From assembly GCA_964016885.1 (NCBI GenBank), contig OZ024749.1, positions 5,828,001 to 5,892,000 of the forward strand: 64,000 bases of DNA, in the 5' to 3' direction. The translations under genes and the position numbers were made by a program. Every line of letters starts with the position of its first letter. Position 1 is the first letter of the stretch. The DNA is from Eledone cirrhosa. Taxonomy: Eukaryota. A model generated the notes under the pieces. It saw only the letters and a list, made by a program, of their open reading frames with translations, had not been told where the DNA came from and ran no database searches. This document shows positions 28,401-43,869 of the stretch, one piece after another.

Positions 28401-29723
28401 ATAGTACTGCGGGCAATAACGGAGGAGTTTAAGACCGGATGCCCATGGGAACTCCTGTATGCTGATGACCTCGAACTTATAGCTGAATCTATGGTAGAAC
28501 TAGCGAAGAAGTTCCAAACTTGGAAGCAGGGACTAGAAAGAAAGGGTCTCAAAGTCAACAACACAAAGACTAAGGTCTTTGTAAGTAGACGAGAAAATAG
28601 AACCCAGATCCCCTCAGGGAAATGGCTTTGCTCAGTATGTAGGAAAGGTGTAGGTAGGAGCTCCATTATCTGCCCCAAATGCAAACAATGGGTACACAAG
28701 AGATGTAGCGGGATCTCAGGAAACTTAATTAAGAATGTAGGTTTCTGATGCAGCAGCTTTGCTGGGACAGCAAGCAGGAAACAGCCACAGGAAACAAGTA
28801 CCACCAATCTCTGGGAGGGCTCTGTAGAAACTGTAGACAGTTTCTGCTACCTAGGTGACCGAATTAGCAGCGGAGGTGGGTGTTCGGAAAGTACAATAGC
28901 TAGGGTAAGAACGGGATGGAAGAAGTTCAGGGAGCTACTGCCACTGCTAGCTGCAAAAGGCTTTTCCCTCAAAAGGAAAGGCAGACGGTATGATGCGTGT
29001 ATATGAACAGCAATGTTGCATGGTAGTGAGACCTGGGCGCTGAAGGTGGAAGACTTACGTAGATTAGAAGAAACGAAGCCTGCATGCTCCGATGGATGTG
29101 TAACAGTAATATATGCGAACGGCAAAGCATAAATGAATTGTGAGAGAGATGAGCATAACAGGAATCAAATGCTGTGTGCAGGAGAGGTGGTTGCGTTGGT
29201 ATGGACATGTGATGCGTATGAGGGATGACAGCTGCATAAAAAGGTGCAGAGCACTAGAAGTCAATGGAAACCGCGGAGTGGGGAGACCCAAGAAGACCTG
29301 GGATGAGGTGATAAAAGCCGACTTTACCCAATTACACCTCTCAAAGGCGATGACACACGACAGTGACCTCTGGCGTCACGCAGTAATACAGAGTACCAAA
29401 CCTCCCATGGGTACAAGCTGAAGCATATAGATAATATGCCCCCACACCTTTCCACTGCAAGGTGGTCGTGGAGGTGCCACGGCAAAAAAGCACCCAGCCC
29501 ACACTGTAAAGTGGACGTGTAGGCGCCACGGAAAAAGCACCCAGCACTCACTGTAAATGAGGTTGGTGTTAGGAAGGGCATCCAGCTGTAGAAATCAAGA
29601 TAAAATCAGTTCCTGTATGAGCAAGGCATGGTCGGCCGACCAGACACTGCCCACAACAGGACAACCCGTCTAACCCATGCTAGCATGGAAGAACGGACGT
29701 AAAACGGTGATGATGATGATGAT
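28401..29723 (+). mobile_element. 5'-truncated RTE-clade LINE, disrupted
   Basis: [18 protein letters not shown] motif, Cys/His finger [35 protein letters not shown], (GAT)n tail; stops and frameshifts. Confidence 0.92.
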
Positions 29724-30452
29724 ATAGGTTTTAGGTTTATATATACATATATATATAGGTTTTATGTTTATATATTCATTTATATAGGTTTTAGGTTTAT
29801 ATATACATATATATAGGTTTTAGGTTTATATATACATATATATAGGTTTTAGGTTTATATATACATATATATAGCTCTTAGGTTTATATATACATATATA
29901 TAGGTTTTAGGTTTATATATACATATATATAGGTTTTAGGTTTATATATACATATATATAGGTTTTAGGTTTATATATACATATATATAGGTTTTAGGTT
30001 TATATATACATATATATAGGTTTTAGGTTTATATATACATATATATAGGTTTTAGGTTTATATATACATATATATAGCTCTTAGGTTTATATATACATAT
30101 ATATAGCTCTTAGGTTTATATATACATATATATAGGTTTTAGGTTTATATATACATATATATAGGTTTTAGGTTTATATATACATATATATAGCTCTTAG
30201 GTTTATATATACATATATATAGGTTTTAGGTTTATATATACATATATATAGGTTTTAGGTTTATATATACATATATATAGGTTTTAGGTTTATATATACA
30301 TATATATGGGTTTTAGGTTTATATATACATATATATAGGTTTTAGGTTTATATATACATATATATAGCTCTTAGGTTTATATATACATATATATAGGTTT
30401 TAGGTTTATATATACATATATATAGGTTTTAGGTTTATATATACATATATAT
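29722..30452. repeat. 29-bp minisatellite, about 25 copies
   Basis: taggttttaggtttatatatacatatata with variant tagctcttagg; same unit at 28170-28240. Confidence 0.95.
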
Positions 30453-30502
30453 GTGGAGATTTATGTGTATATAAAGACCCATACAAGAATATTAAGCAAT
30501 AC

Positions 30503-30543
<41 letters not shown>

Positions 30544-30636
30544 ATATATGGTTTTCTGCATCTATATAGCCAGATAACTAAAGAGATGGATTGACTGATC
30601 AAACGATATAGATGCTAAAATATTTATTCATAGCCA

Positions 30637-30685
<49 letters not shown>

Positions 30686-30928
30686 CATATGTGAATATAC
30701 ATAGATATATATACATATAATGCATATATATATAAATATATATATATATGTGAGCATATATATATGTATATATATATATGAGAATGTCTACATGTACATA
30801 GAAATACAGAAATAAATAACTTTTCTTTTAATTTTTTGAAAAAATTTTTTGATTTCTTTATTTTCTGTAATTCTAGAAAATGTTAAAGAATTCTTATCAC
30901 AGACTATTTATTCTTATAAGAGCATAAC

Positions 30929-31006
<78 letters not shown>

Positions 31007-31051
31007 GTAGATTCATATACACATATATAAATATATACACACATTCATATA

Positions 31052-31122
<71 letters not shown>

Positions 31123-31130
<8 letters not shown>

Positions 31131-31638
31131 TACACATTAATCAAAGCTATGTTCAAATCATTTTATTGCTGACAATCGTTTCTCTCAAAGTATCGTTTGG
31201 AATCATTGGAGAAGTTGCAATGTTTGTACATATAATTAACCTCCTATGCAACTATGCATATGCACTGCAAGTGTCCTCGTTTCACAAGTGACTTTCTACC
31301 TTAATGCCTCTTTAATTGTTATACTATTCCCTTATAATCTCTGTCGCTTGCATTCAACTCTGTACCTTTATAATCTTTAATTTATAATTTTTTAATTTGT
31401 AATTTTAATTATTGTACAATTCTCTTGAAATCTCTGTCACATCCATTTCACCTTGTAAATACGAAACTTTTGACAGCATTAATTTCCATGTATCTAAATG
31501 ATTTTTCAGTTGAATAGGAGGTTAATTATATGTACAAACACTGCGATTGCTATGATGATTCCAAACGATAGTTTGGAAGAAATGATTGTCAGCAATAAAA
31601 CCATTTGAACATAGTTTTGATTATTGTGTAATTTATAT
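31123..31638. mobile_element. Foldback (arms about 130 bp) with a hammerhead-like motif in each arm; PLE inverted terminal repeat
   Basis: 31123-31253 versus 31508-31638; plus-arm motif 31547-31595 UUGCU AUGAUGA UUCCAAAC GAUA GUUUGGAA GAAAU GAUU GUC AGCAA; partial third copy at 32715-32780. Confidence 0.8.
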
Positions 31639-31763
31639 TCCGGCTCTGTAAAACATCTCATGTATTTACATTGAGCTATTTTTTCTTACTGATATTAAGG
31701 TAGTAATAAATTACTGATCTTTCCTGTTTATAGGTGTATATGGTGTATACATAACTATAAATA

Positions 31764-31815
<52 letters not shown>

Positions 31816-31828
31816 ATACACATACACA

Positions 31829-32691
31829 TGCTCTGTAGAAACAGTAGTCAGTTTCTGGTACCTAGGTGACCGAATTAGCAGCGGAGGTGGGAGTTCGGAA
31901 AGTACAATAACTAGAGTAAGAACGGGATGGAAGAAGTTCAGGGAGCTACTGCCACTGCTAACTTCAAAAGGCTTTTCCCTCAAAATGAAAGGCAGTGAAA
32001 CCTGCGCGCTGTCTGTGGAAGACTTGTGTAGATTAGAAGCAAACGAAGCCTGCATCCGATGGATGTGTAATAGTAATATACGCAACCGGCAAAGCATAAG
32101 TGAATTGAGAGAGAGACTGAGCATAAGAGGAATCAAATGTTGTGTACAGGAGAGGAGGTTGCGTTGGTATAGACATGTGATGCGTATGAAGGATGACAGC
32201 TGCATAAAAAGGTAGAGAGCACTAGAAGTCGATGGAAACCGCAGAGTGGGGAGACCCAAGAAGACCTGGGCTGAGGTGATAAAAGCCGACCTTACCCAGT
32301 TGCACCTCTCAAAGGTGATGACACAGGACCATGACCTCTGGTGTCGCGCAGTAATACAGAAGACCCGACTTCCCATGGGTACAAGCCGAAACTGAAGCAT
32401 ATAGGCAATATGGCCCTACCCCTCCCACTGGAAAGTGGTCGTGGAGGTGCCATGGCAAAAAAACACCCAGCCCATACTGTAAAGTGGACGTGGAGGTACC
32501 ACGGAAAAAAAGCACCCAGCACTCACTCTAAATGAGGCTGGTGTTAGGAAGGGCATCCAGCTGGAGACATCAAGCCAGAATCCGTTCCCGAATGAGCAAG
32601 GCATGGTCAGCCGACTGGACACTGCCCACAAGAGACAATCCGTCTAACCCATGCTAGGGTGGAAGAACGGACGTAAAATGATGATGATGAT
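31829..32691 (+). mobile_element. Second, shorter RTE LINE copy
   Basis: Colinear with 28819-29723 with an internal deletion; (GAT)n tail. Confidence 0.92.
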
Positions 32692-32836
32692 ATGTGTATA
32701 TATATATATAAATTATAAATTACACAATAATCAAAGTTATGTTCAAATCATTTTATTTCTGACAATCGTTTCTTCCAAACTTTCTATTTATAGTTCTATA
32801 TAGTGTATACATAACTATAAATAGTATTAATATTAT

Positions 32837-33064
<228 letters not shown>

Positions 33065-33125
33065 CACGCACACACAGGTAGATAGATATTCTACTGCTGC
33101 ATATATGTGTCCATTTGTGTTGATA

Positions 33126-33195
<70 letters not shown>

Positions 33196-33529
33196 ATAAA
33201 TATATATATATATAAATATATATATATAAATATATATATATAAATATATATATATATAAATATATATATATTTATAAACATATAAATATATATATATACA
33301 TATAAATATATATATATATATAAATATATATATATTTATAAACATATAAATACATATATATATACATATAAATATATATATATATAAATATATATATATT
33401 TATAAACATATAAATATATATATATAAATATATATATATTTATAAACATATAAATATATATATATATATACATATACATATAAATATATATATATATAAA
33501 CATATATATATTTATAAACATATAAATAT

Positions 33530-33560
<31 letters not shown>

Positions 33561-33581
33561 AATATATATATATACATATAA

Positions 33582-33632
<51 letters not shown>

Positions 33633-33635
33633 AAT

Positions 33636-33666
<31 letters not shown>

Positions 33667-33691
33667 AATATATATATATATATACATATAC

Positions 33692-33784
<93 letters not shown>

Positions 33785-33807
33785 AATATATATATATATA
33801 CATATAC

Positions 33808-34547
<740 letters not shown>

Positions 34548-35817
34548 GTATATAACAAAGGAATTGTGGTAAGGAACCAGATGGACCATAACGCACCAGA
34601 ATACTAAATACTTAGGGTAGTAGAGTGGGAAATAAGAACAAGTATGACCCCGACGGCATAGCTCTAGCAGTTTCGACGGCTATTTCTGGACTAAATTAGA
34701 ATGTTTAGCCTGGTGAATATATAGCCGAACTTGTCAAGGGGGTACTTCCTTATATGGGAAGATTGTAGTTGTCAAGAGGATTGGTTAAAATGTGTTGTAA
34801 ACACAAATAAGTCTATCATGGCATTTGGTGGGAGGTAGGGTTGGCTGAACTTGCCTGTAGAACAATAGGGGAGTGAGTGGAGCGGTCAAGCGTTGAAAGT
34901 GATATGTATACAGCAGATTCTAAGGATAGTGTATGAAGTGGAGGAGGGAGGTTATAGAATAGGTAAATCGAATGAGAGTAGGAACAATAAAAGAAATAAA
35001 AAAATATATAACATTAGATAGTGAGAAATGAATAAAAAAAATCACGATACTATCTTACAATTACAGGTTAATAAGTTGAGAATAGAAAAAACTTGTAGAA
35101 ATTGAGTAGTACCAGAATAGATACAGAATTAAAGGGGTTTAACACGTCTGCTATAAGTAGTTAGTAAAACGCATTCGGCCAATTCTATCTTAAAATTACA
35201 GGGTTGGGGGAACTGATGCTACAGAGGCCCGATGGACTGCATCGGGGTAGGCGAAGGGGAAAGCAGACGAGGAAGAAAATAGGGGGTGGAAGGAAGTGAT
35301 AGGATGAGAGAGGGGGAAGAAGACAAAGAGGAAAACAGATACATCTCAAACCCCATAACGCCCCGGGTGATTAGAGAAGGGCTGATACCCCCCCCTATTT
35401 GCCGAATAAGTTAGGGGAAACCTCAGCTTACTTAGGTAGATGTATTTTTTTCCTGGAAATTTGAGTCTAAAAGTGGTATTTTTGAATATTTAAGCGGCTG
35501 CCACGCCGTCCCTGAACAACAAATACAAAATATAAAGCCATTACAGGATGTGCAATTATAAATTCTATTTCGCTTTAAAAGTTGAACGATATCGGTGACA
35601 AAATGTGGGAGCTAGAGTCAAAAATCTTATTTTTCGATACCTAAAAAAAGGTGAGCCCCACCCCTCCTTATCAATTTTTCTCTGCAGAATGACGCCGGAA
35701 TAAAAAAAACGATAGAAAACACTCCCCGATGACTAATCTATGAGCCTGTAAAGCTTCATGAAAATTGGTCGTAAGATGTAGGCCCCTATAGGTAATACAC
35801 ACACACATACTTAATTT

Positions 35818-35867
<50 letters not shown>

Positions 35868-35946
35868 CCTCTACTACCCTAATTATTGAGTATTCTGGTG
35901 CTTTATGGTCCATCTGGTTCCTTACGACATTTCTTTCGTTATATAT
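34548..35946. mobile_element. PLE-like remnant bounded by inverted repeats of about 80 bp
   Basis: gtaaggaaccagatggaccataacgcaccagaatact..agggtagtagag versus ctctactaccct..agtattctggtgctttatggtccatctggttccttac. Confidence 0.65.
35375..35822 (-). mobile_element. Nested non-autonomous DNA element, Helitron-like end
   Basis: tgtaaagcttcatgaaaattggtc..(ac)n..ttttatatatata parallels the right end of 60128-60775; no CTAG terminus seen. Confidence 0.35.
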
Positions 35947-36317
35947 ATATGCCAAGGGCATAATAACTAAAAAGCGTTCCTTACATGACCCGAATAGGTT
36001 TTTAGAGATAAGTTCACGTCAGAGTTCATTCTTTATAAAAAAAAAACGTTTTGATTTTGCAGTAGGTCAAGGGAGATAACTCTGGCCGGTTTTAGGGCAG
36101 TCTTTTCCGGACAAAATTTTATCCGATACCAGCATGTGGTTACTACCTTACCATTGCCGATACGCACAGGGTCATGTATGCAACGTTTGTTTCGAGACGT
36201 CTGTTTGCTGCGCCTGCCCGCCTGGATCTGGGGTGCATGGTTAGTTTCCGGATGTTTTTAGCAGCGCCTTCCCGCCGGGGTGTTAAAGCTTGGTGCAGGG
36301 AGACCCGGTTTACGGTT

Positions 36318-36776
36318 TCACTCCTCGTTATTATTACAACTGAAGTAGGATATTTTTAAGCGGTGTGTACAGCTTATCGTCGTTTCAGCTCTGCTGTTGA
36401 TGAGCTCGTGGGGTGCCGTTATGATGTGGTAGAGCTCCATGAGGCAAAGTTCGCACTTCCTCTTGAAGTTGTACGGTGCAGTCTTGCCGACAATATCCCA
36501 GTGCGTGGAGAAGCAGATGTTTAAGTCTTTTAATGCTGCGATGTAGTTCGCGAGCGATGTGGAGTATCTTAATTTCTTATTAGCGAAAGAGTGGAGATGT
36601 GTTCGAAATCTAATTTTGAACGGGCCAGAGGTAGCCCCTATATAATGTTTAACGCTATTATGGCTAGTTACGGTGCACCTATATATAGCCCTATCTGTCA
36701 AGCAGTTTCCCCCAAGGGGGCAGCGTCCCCTGTCTCGGCAGTTGCAATTTCGGTCGCGGTCCCTTCTAGCTCCCAC
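36318..36776 (-). pseudogene. Penelope-like element GIY-YIG endonuclease domain (5'-truncated), Neptune-like Cys linker
   Basis: CNCR..CPLGGNCL, AIY..HYIGAT..FKIRFRTH..STSLANYI..W..CELCLME..INSRAE..CTH; frame open, RT absent. Confidence 0.9.
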
Positions 36777-36809
36777 GGTAAGGCTAATTATTATTGCTAT
36801 CTACGTTGT

Positions 36810-36944
36810 TATCGCGCCCACTAGATATTAACACTTCTAATATTTAACACTGCCGGCACTAGTATTGAGCACCCTCTGCATTCGCTATTTGGCAAATAAC
36901 TACATGTATCACCTATCCCTCCTTTTCTCTCTCTCGATACGTAA

Positions 36945-36950
<6 letters not shown>
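36810..36950. mobile_element. Terminal segment abutting the PLE 5' truncation (candidate inverted pLTR)
   Basis: Matches 9270-9425 and ends in microsatellite. Confidence 0.55.
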
Positions 36951-37035
<85 letters not shown>

Positions 37036-37043
37036 ATATATAT

Positions 37044-37083
<40 letters not shown>

Positions 37084-37141
37084 ATATATATACACACATA
37101 TATATATATATATATATACATATATATACCTATATATATAC

Positions 37142-37209
<68 letters not shown>

Positions 37210-37252
37210 ATATATATATATATATATATACCTATATATATATATATATATA

Positions 37253-37341
<89 letters not shown>

Positions 37342-37380
37342 TCAGAATTATGCACATACACATAGTTATATATACACAGT

Positions 37381-37456
<76 letters not shown>

Positions 37457-37949
37457 ACCTATATATATACATATATATATACACACACACAGAATTATGC
37501 ACATATAGTTATATATACACATAGTTATATAATATATATATGTATATATATATATATATATATACACTCAGAATTATGCACATACACATAGTTATATATA
37601 CATATATAGAGAGAGAGAGAATAATGAACAAACACACACACACACGTGTATATACAGTCGGCTAGTAAGAGCTGAAATCATTTCATCTTCCAACAATATC
37701 ACATTCAAGCAGAAAGTCATGTTATCCAATATGAGGAAAATGCTTTGATATAAACTTCATGCCTTATGACAATTCCAAACTGAGTGAAATATGTATTGTA
37801 TATATGTACATGTGTGTATATATGTATATATATGTATGTATATATAAAGAGAGAAAGAGACAGAGAGGAGATACATGCATACATAGACACCCCATGGACT
37901 TATATATGTGTTGTATACACACACATAGGTATGTATGTATGTGTATACA

Positions 37950-37997
<48 letters not shown>

Positions 37998-38042
37998 CAT
38001 ACATACATACATACATACATACATACATACATACATACATAC

Positions 38043-38104
<62 letters not shown>

Positions 38105-38130
38105 CATATAGATATATATATATATATATA

Positions 38131-38414
38131 TGGTGGCTGCCAACTCGTTTTCGAGTACGGCCACTACTTTATATCCATGTAGGAGAACTCCTACTGATAC
38201 GCTGAACGAGTGTGACCTTTTAGTCCAGCCAGCGACTTGAACACTCTGGTACAAACACTACACGTGTGACAATTATTGACACATAGTGCTGGACCCATGA
38301 TACCATGTGACGACTAGTGCAGAGAGATCTCCAGATATAAAGCAATGCCTGTGCCGTGAAGCTTTTATAGTGAGCAAAGGCACTGCACAAAGCCAGTCCC
38401 ACTATCTTAACCAA
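38131..38414 (-). mobile_element. Partial copy of the 610-bp LTR-like element
   Basis: Matches 25299-25582. Confidence 0.8.
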
Positions 38415-38438
38415 ATATATATACACATACATATACAT

Positions 38439-38491
<53 letters not shown>

Positions 38492-38671
38492 CATGTATAC
38501 ATATATATATATATATATATACATGTATACATATACATATATATATATATATATACATGTATACATATACATATATATATATATATACATGTATACATAT
38601 ACATATATATATATATACATACATACATACATATATATATGTGTGTGTGTGTGTATATATATATGTGTATG

Positions 38672-38702
<31 letters not shown>

Positions 38703-38737
38703 ATATATATGTGTATGTATATATATATGTGTGTGTG

Positions 38738-38768
<31 letters not shown>

Positions 38769-38789
38769 ATATATATATATATGTGTATG

Positions 38790-38824
<35 letters not shown>

Positions 38825-38834
38825 ATGTGTATGT

Positions 38835-38917
<83 letters not shown>

Positions 38918-38937
38918 TAACAAATGGAAACTATATT

Positions 38938-39002
38938 TATTTCATTATACATCTTTCAAGGACACCAAAGCAAATTATGGTGCGCTTTCATCAGATAAAA
39001 TA
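38938..39002 (-). ncRNA. Minimal hammerhead ribozyme motif (UAUUUUAU family)
   Basis: UAUUUUAU CUGAUGA AAG C GCACCA UAAUUUGCUU UGGUGU C CUU GAAA GAUGUA UA AUGAAAUA. Confidence 0.72.
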
Positions 39003-39175
39003 TAATATGGATCGGTTTTATAAACAAATATTGACATACCCTTAAAGAATGCAACCATATCGGTTGGAAGCTCCCGGATAGTGGGGTTACTAATTTTATT
39101 ATTGATCTATTATGCAAATTAGTGTCGGAGAGGTTTAAATCCCGTACATTTAAATTAAGCCGTTGGAATAGGGAA

Positions 39176-39244
39176 AAAAGAAAAGAAAAAGAAAAAGAAA
39201 AAGAAAAAGAAAAAGAAAAAGAAAAAGAAAAAGAAAAAGAAAAG
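39176..39244. repeat. (GAAAAA)n microsatellite
   Basis: Direct inspection. Confidence 0.95.
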
Positions 39245-40098
39245 CAAACCCAAGGAAGGAAAACAAAAGAAAGAGAAAGAGAGAAAACCCTAAGTGAGAG
39301 AGTGTTGCATTAACGTAATTTATGAGATGATGAAGCGAAAAAATAAATATATAGTGAATGAATTACGCGGAGTAAATAAAGCGTGGATAAATAAATAAAT
39401 AATAATAGTAACCGGAGAATTTTATCTAATGTTTAAATTTGATTAAATGTTTAATTTATCAATTAAATTATTGAGATCTATACATTAAAAATTGAGATCT
39501 ATATATTATTAAAAGAATATATATATACATATATATATACCATCAAAAAATATTATTAACATATATGTTATTATTACATAACCATATATAAATTTATTAT
39601 TAATAATCATCAACCAACAATTAATTATTAATTTTTCAATTAATTATCAATAAAAATTATAAGAAATAATAAAAAATAAAATATGTTTATGCTTAAAATA
39701 AGTTTAAAATATAGGAATGTTTCTAAACCCATGGAAATATCTTCTTAGTAATAGCAATACAGCGTGAAGGAAATTAATTGATTTATTTGTAATTTAGATA
39801 GCTCTAAGGATTAAATGTTATAAAAGTTTAGATTATAAGAAACCTTATATTATTTTATAGTAAGTTATAATTTTATAAATTTTATAAATCCACCTGTTAT
39901 ACAGGTGTGACTGTTAAAATATAAGTTTGTTTACTAAAACGTCTTAATGTTTAAAGTTTTTCATAAGAATATATCTAAAGCATAAACCGTAAAAAGCCTT
40001 TTATACGAGTTCATTCATAGAATGTATTCAAATTATACATTTCGATATATATACACACATACATACACATACATACATACATACATATATATAGACAT

Positions 40099-40135
<37 letters not shown>

Positions 40136-40555
40136 TATATACACACATATATATACATATATATATATAAATACAAAATACATAATATAAAATAAAATAT
40201 GAGTTGTAATTTTAAAAAGGATTATAATTTTAAAAGGAATTACAATTTAAAAAAATATAATTATATAATTTTAAAAGAAATTATATTTTTAAGCAATATA
40301 ATTTTAAAAATACATATAAGAATATATAGAAAAAAACAGTATAAAATATGAATCATAATTTTTTATATCCATCAAGAAGAATTAACAAAAAATCCTTTTT
40401 TTTTCTTTTTTTAGAAACTTTCAGTATGTTTATCTTAATTTTTTATACCCATTTTATAGTTTCCATTTGTTAATATATTGTATTTTTACTCCAATAATTT
40501 GTTGAGTGCTTTATATCAGTTTGTTGTATCCCAGCAAATTAAATATAACTTCTAC

Positions 40556-40660
<105 letters not shown>

Positions 40661-40737
40661 CACACACACATATATATAAATGGAATAGAATGAAACGAAA
40701 TTTCATTTCTCACTCTTAGTCCGTCACTTACTTAAAT

Positions 40738-41075
40738 GTAAGTGTGTATGTATGTATACGTACATACATATATGTATACAGACGTACAGTAGTAGGTATA
40801 TATATAGATACATGCACACATATATATATGCACGTATCGGTTTACCGAACATTTATTTTAAACATTTATTTTAAACAAACAAACAGCCCGAAAAAAAGGT
40901 GACGTGGTTGCCTAAACACTGTACGGCGTAATTCGGGCTGTTTGTTTGTTTACAAACAAACAAAATGAACATTATAATAAACCGATACGTGCATATATAT
41001 ATGTGTGCATGTATGTATATATATACATACTACTGTACGTCTGTATACATATATGTATGTACGTATACATACATA

Positions 41076-41079
<4 letters not shown>
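40738..41079. repeat. Nested inverted repeat
   Basis: Outer arms about 40738-40844 and 40978-41079; inner taaacaaacaaacagcccgaa versus ttcgggctgtttgtttgttta. Confidence 0.9.
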
Positions 41080-41146
<67 letters not shown>

Positions 41147-41231
41147 TTCAATATAGATGCTTCAATTCCAGTCTTGGCAGACTGGAATTGAACCATCAGC
41201 ACAGTTGAGGTAAGTCATACATCAATTTATA

Positions 41232-41297
41232 TATTTTATCTGATGAGGACGTACTGAAAAAACAGCACAGTACCTCTGAAATATATATAATAAAATA
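41232..41297 (+). ncRNA. Minimal hammerhead ribozyme motif (UAUUUUAU family)
   Basis: UAUUUUAU CUGAUGA GGACGUACUGAAAAAACAGCACAGUACCUCU GAAA UAUAUA UA AUAAAAUA; inside a 200-bp island between (TA)n tracts. Confidence 0.75.
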
Positions 41298-41342
41298 TAT
41301 TTTGATTACGTGAATGTCCATATTTATTAATATTTTGAATTA

Positions 41343-41374
<32 letters not shown>

Positions 41375-41377
41375 GTA

Positions 41378-41430
<53 letters not shown>

Positions 41431-41447
41431 ATATATATATATATGTG

Positions 41448-41481
<34 letters not shown>

Positions 41482-41503
41482 TATGTGTATATATATATAT
41501 ATG

Positions 41504-41535
<32 letters not shown>

Positions 41536-41539
41536 TATG

Positions 41540-41590
<51 letters not shown>

Positions 41591-41633
41591 ATATATATAA
41601 ATATGTTTTTATATATATATATATATAAATATG

Positions 41634-41706
<73 letters not shown>

Positions 41707-41808
41707 CTACTGCTTTTTTCTATTCTTGTATTCATTCATTCATATATTCTGGAATAACTCTGTCCTTCCTTCTACCATAGCTGGGCACCGACTTGACTGT
41801 AATGCATA

Positions 41809-42408
41809 ATAATTTTTTCTACTTTTGGCACAAGGCCAGCAATTATTCCAGTGTATTACTGGTACTTTATTTTATCGACCTCCGTTAGGATGAAAGGCAA
41901 AGTCAACCTCGGCGGGATTTGAACTCAGATCGTAAAGGGCGGTAACTCTATGCTGGAAAACATGGCGTCCGACCCTCTACCGACACTGCCAATCCACCGC
42001 CCCAGAAACAATATATAATTGTTTCTACTTTTGGCACAAGGCCAGCATTTACCCCAGTGTATTACTGGTACTTCATTTTATCCACCCCGTAAGGATGAAA
42101 GGCAAAGTTAACCTCGGCGGGACTTGAACTCAGATCGTAAAGGGACGTAACTATGCTGGAAAGCATGGCGTCCGACCCTCTACCGATACTGCCAGTCCAC
42201 CACACTTTGTAATGTATAATAATAATTGTTTCTACTTTTGGCACAAGGCCAGCAATAACCCAGTGTATTACTGGTACTTTATGTTATCGACCCCGTAAGG
42301 ATGAAAGGCAAAGTCAACCTCGGCCGGATTTGAACTCAGATCGTAAAGGGACGTAACTATGCTGGAAAGCATGGCGTCCGACCCTCTACCGATACTGCTA
42401 ATCCACCA
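41809..42408 (-). mobile_element. Three tandem SINE family 1 copies
   Basis: About 41809-42003, 42018-42203 and 42224-42408, each with its own substitutions. Confidence 0.92.
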
Positions 42409-42677
42409 TGTAGTTATATCTGGTCTGGTCTGGTCATTGTATTACTGTGTTGGTCAGCAGGGTTCCACTAGTTATATATATATAAAATGTTGTTATATCT
42501 CGTCTGGTCATTGTATTACCGTGTTGGTCAGCAGATTTCTACAACCGTTTGAGGTTAGTAATGCAGTGTTCAAGATCAAAAGAAGTGAAATTAAAAGACC
42601 TCTACTCAACGTTCACATAATTGTTCTAATTATTCCACTAATTATCCATTATCTCTGTACTAACTTAGATATTTAAT

Positions 42678-42845
42678 ATCTCTCTCTCTCTTTCTATGTG
42701 TGTGTGTCTCTCTCTCTCTTTCTATGTGTCTCTCTCTCTCTCTTTCTCCCTCTCTCTCTTTCTATATTTGTATCTCTCTCTCTCTGTCTTTCTCTTTCTA
42801 TGTTTGTATCTCAATCAATCTATCTATCTAGCTCTCTCTCTATCT

Positions 42846-42891
<46 letters not shown>

Positions 42892-43485
42892 ATGTGTGCG
42901 TGTGTCTCCCTCTCTCACTCTCTCACTTTCTATATTTGTATCTCTCTCTCTCTGTCTTTCTCTTTCTATGTTTGTATCTCAATCTATCTATCTAGCTCTC
43001 TCTCTCTCTTTCTATGTGTGAGTGTGTCTCTCTCTCTCTTTCTATGTGTCTCTCTCTCTACCTCTCTCTCTCTCTGTCTTTCTCTTTCTATGTTTGTATC
43101 TCAATCTATCTATCTAGCTCTCTCTCTCTCTCTCTCGCCATCTCACCCTCTCTATATTTATGTATCACACTCCCCCCCCCCCCCGTTCATCTCTCTCTCT
43201 CTCTCTCAATATCTCCCTCCCTCCCCGTATCTCTCCCTCTGTTCGCTCTTTCTATTCGGCCTTTTAATAAATTCGTTGTCTCCTAAAATTAGTTTGATGA
43301 TTGCTACTCTTGGTATTACTACAACCACTACTACCACTAATATTACTACCACCACAACTACTACTACCACTACTATCACCACAACTACTACTACCACTAC
43401 TACCACTACTACCACCACAACTACTGCTACCACTACTACCACTACTACTACTACCACTACCACTACTACCACTACCACTACCACT

Positions 43486-43550
<65 letters not shown>

Positions 43551-43622
43551 TACTACTACTACCAATACTACTACTAATACTATTACTACTACTACTATAC
43601 TACTACTAATACTACCACCACC

Positions 43623-43655
<33 letters not shown>

Positions 43656-43680
43656 GCTACTACCACTACTATTAATACTA
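42678..43680. repeat. (CT)n-rich tract followed by (ACT/ACC)n
   Basis: Direct inspection. Confidence 0.95.
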
Positions 43681-43865
43681 ATTGTTTCTATTTTAGGCAC
43701 AAGGCCAGCAATTACCCAGTACATTACTGGTACTTTATTTTATCGACCCCGTAAGGATGAAAGGCAAAGTTAACCTCGGCGGGATTTGAACTCAGATCAT
43801 AAAGGGACATAACTCCATGCTTCAAAGCATGGTGTCCGACTCTCTACCGATACTGCCAATCCACT
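43680..43865 (-). mobile_element. SINE family 1
   Basis: Same sequence as other copies. Confidence 0.9.
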
Positions 43866-43869
43866 GCCT

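Noticed and set aside
29722-30452. Interstitial telomere
   Set aside because: TTAGG occurs only inside a 29-bp unit; no tandem TTAGGG.
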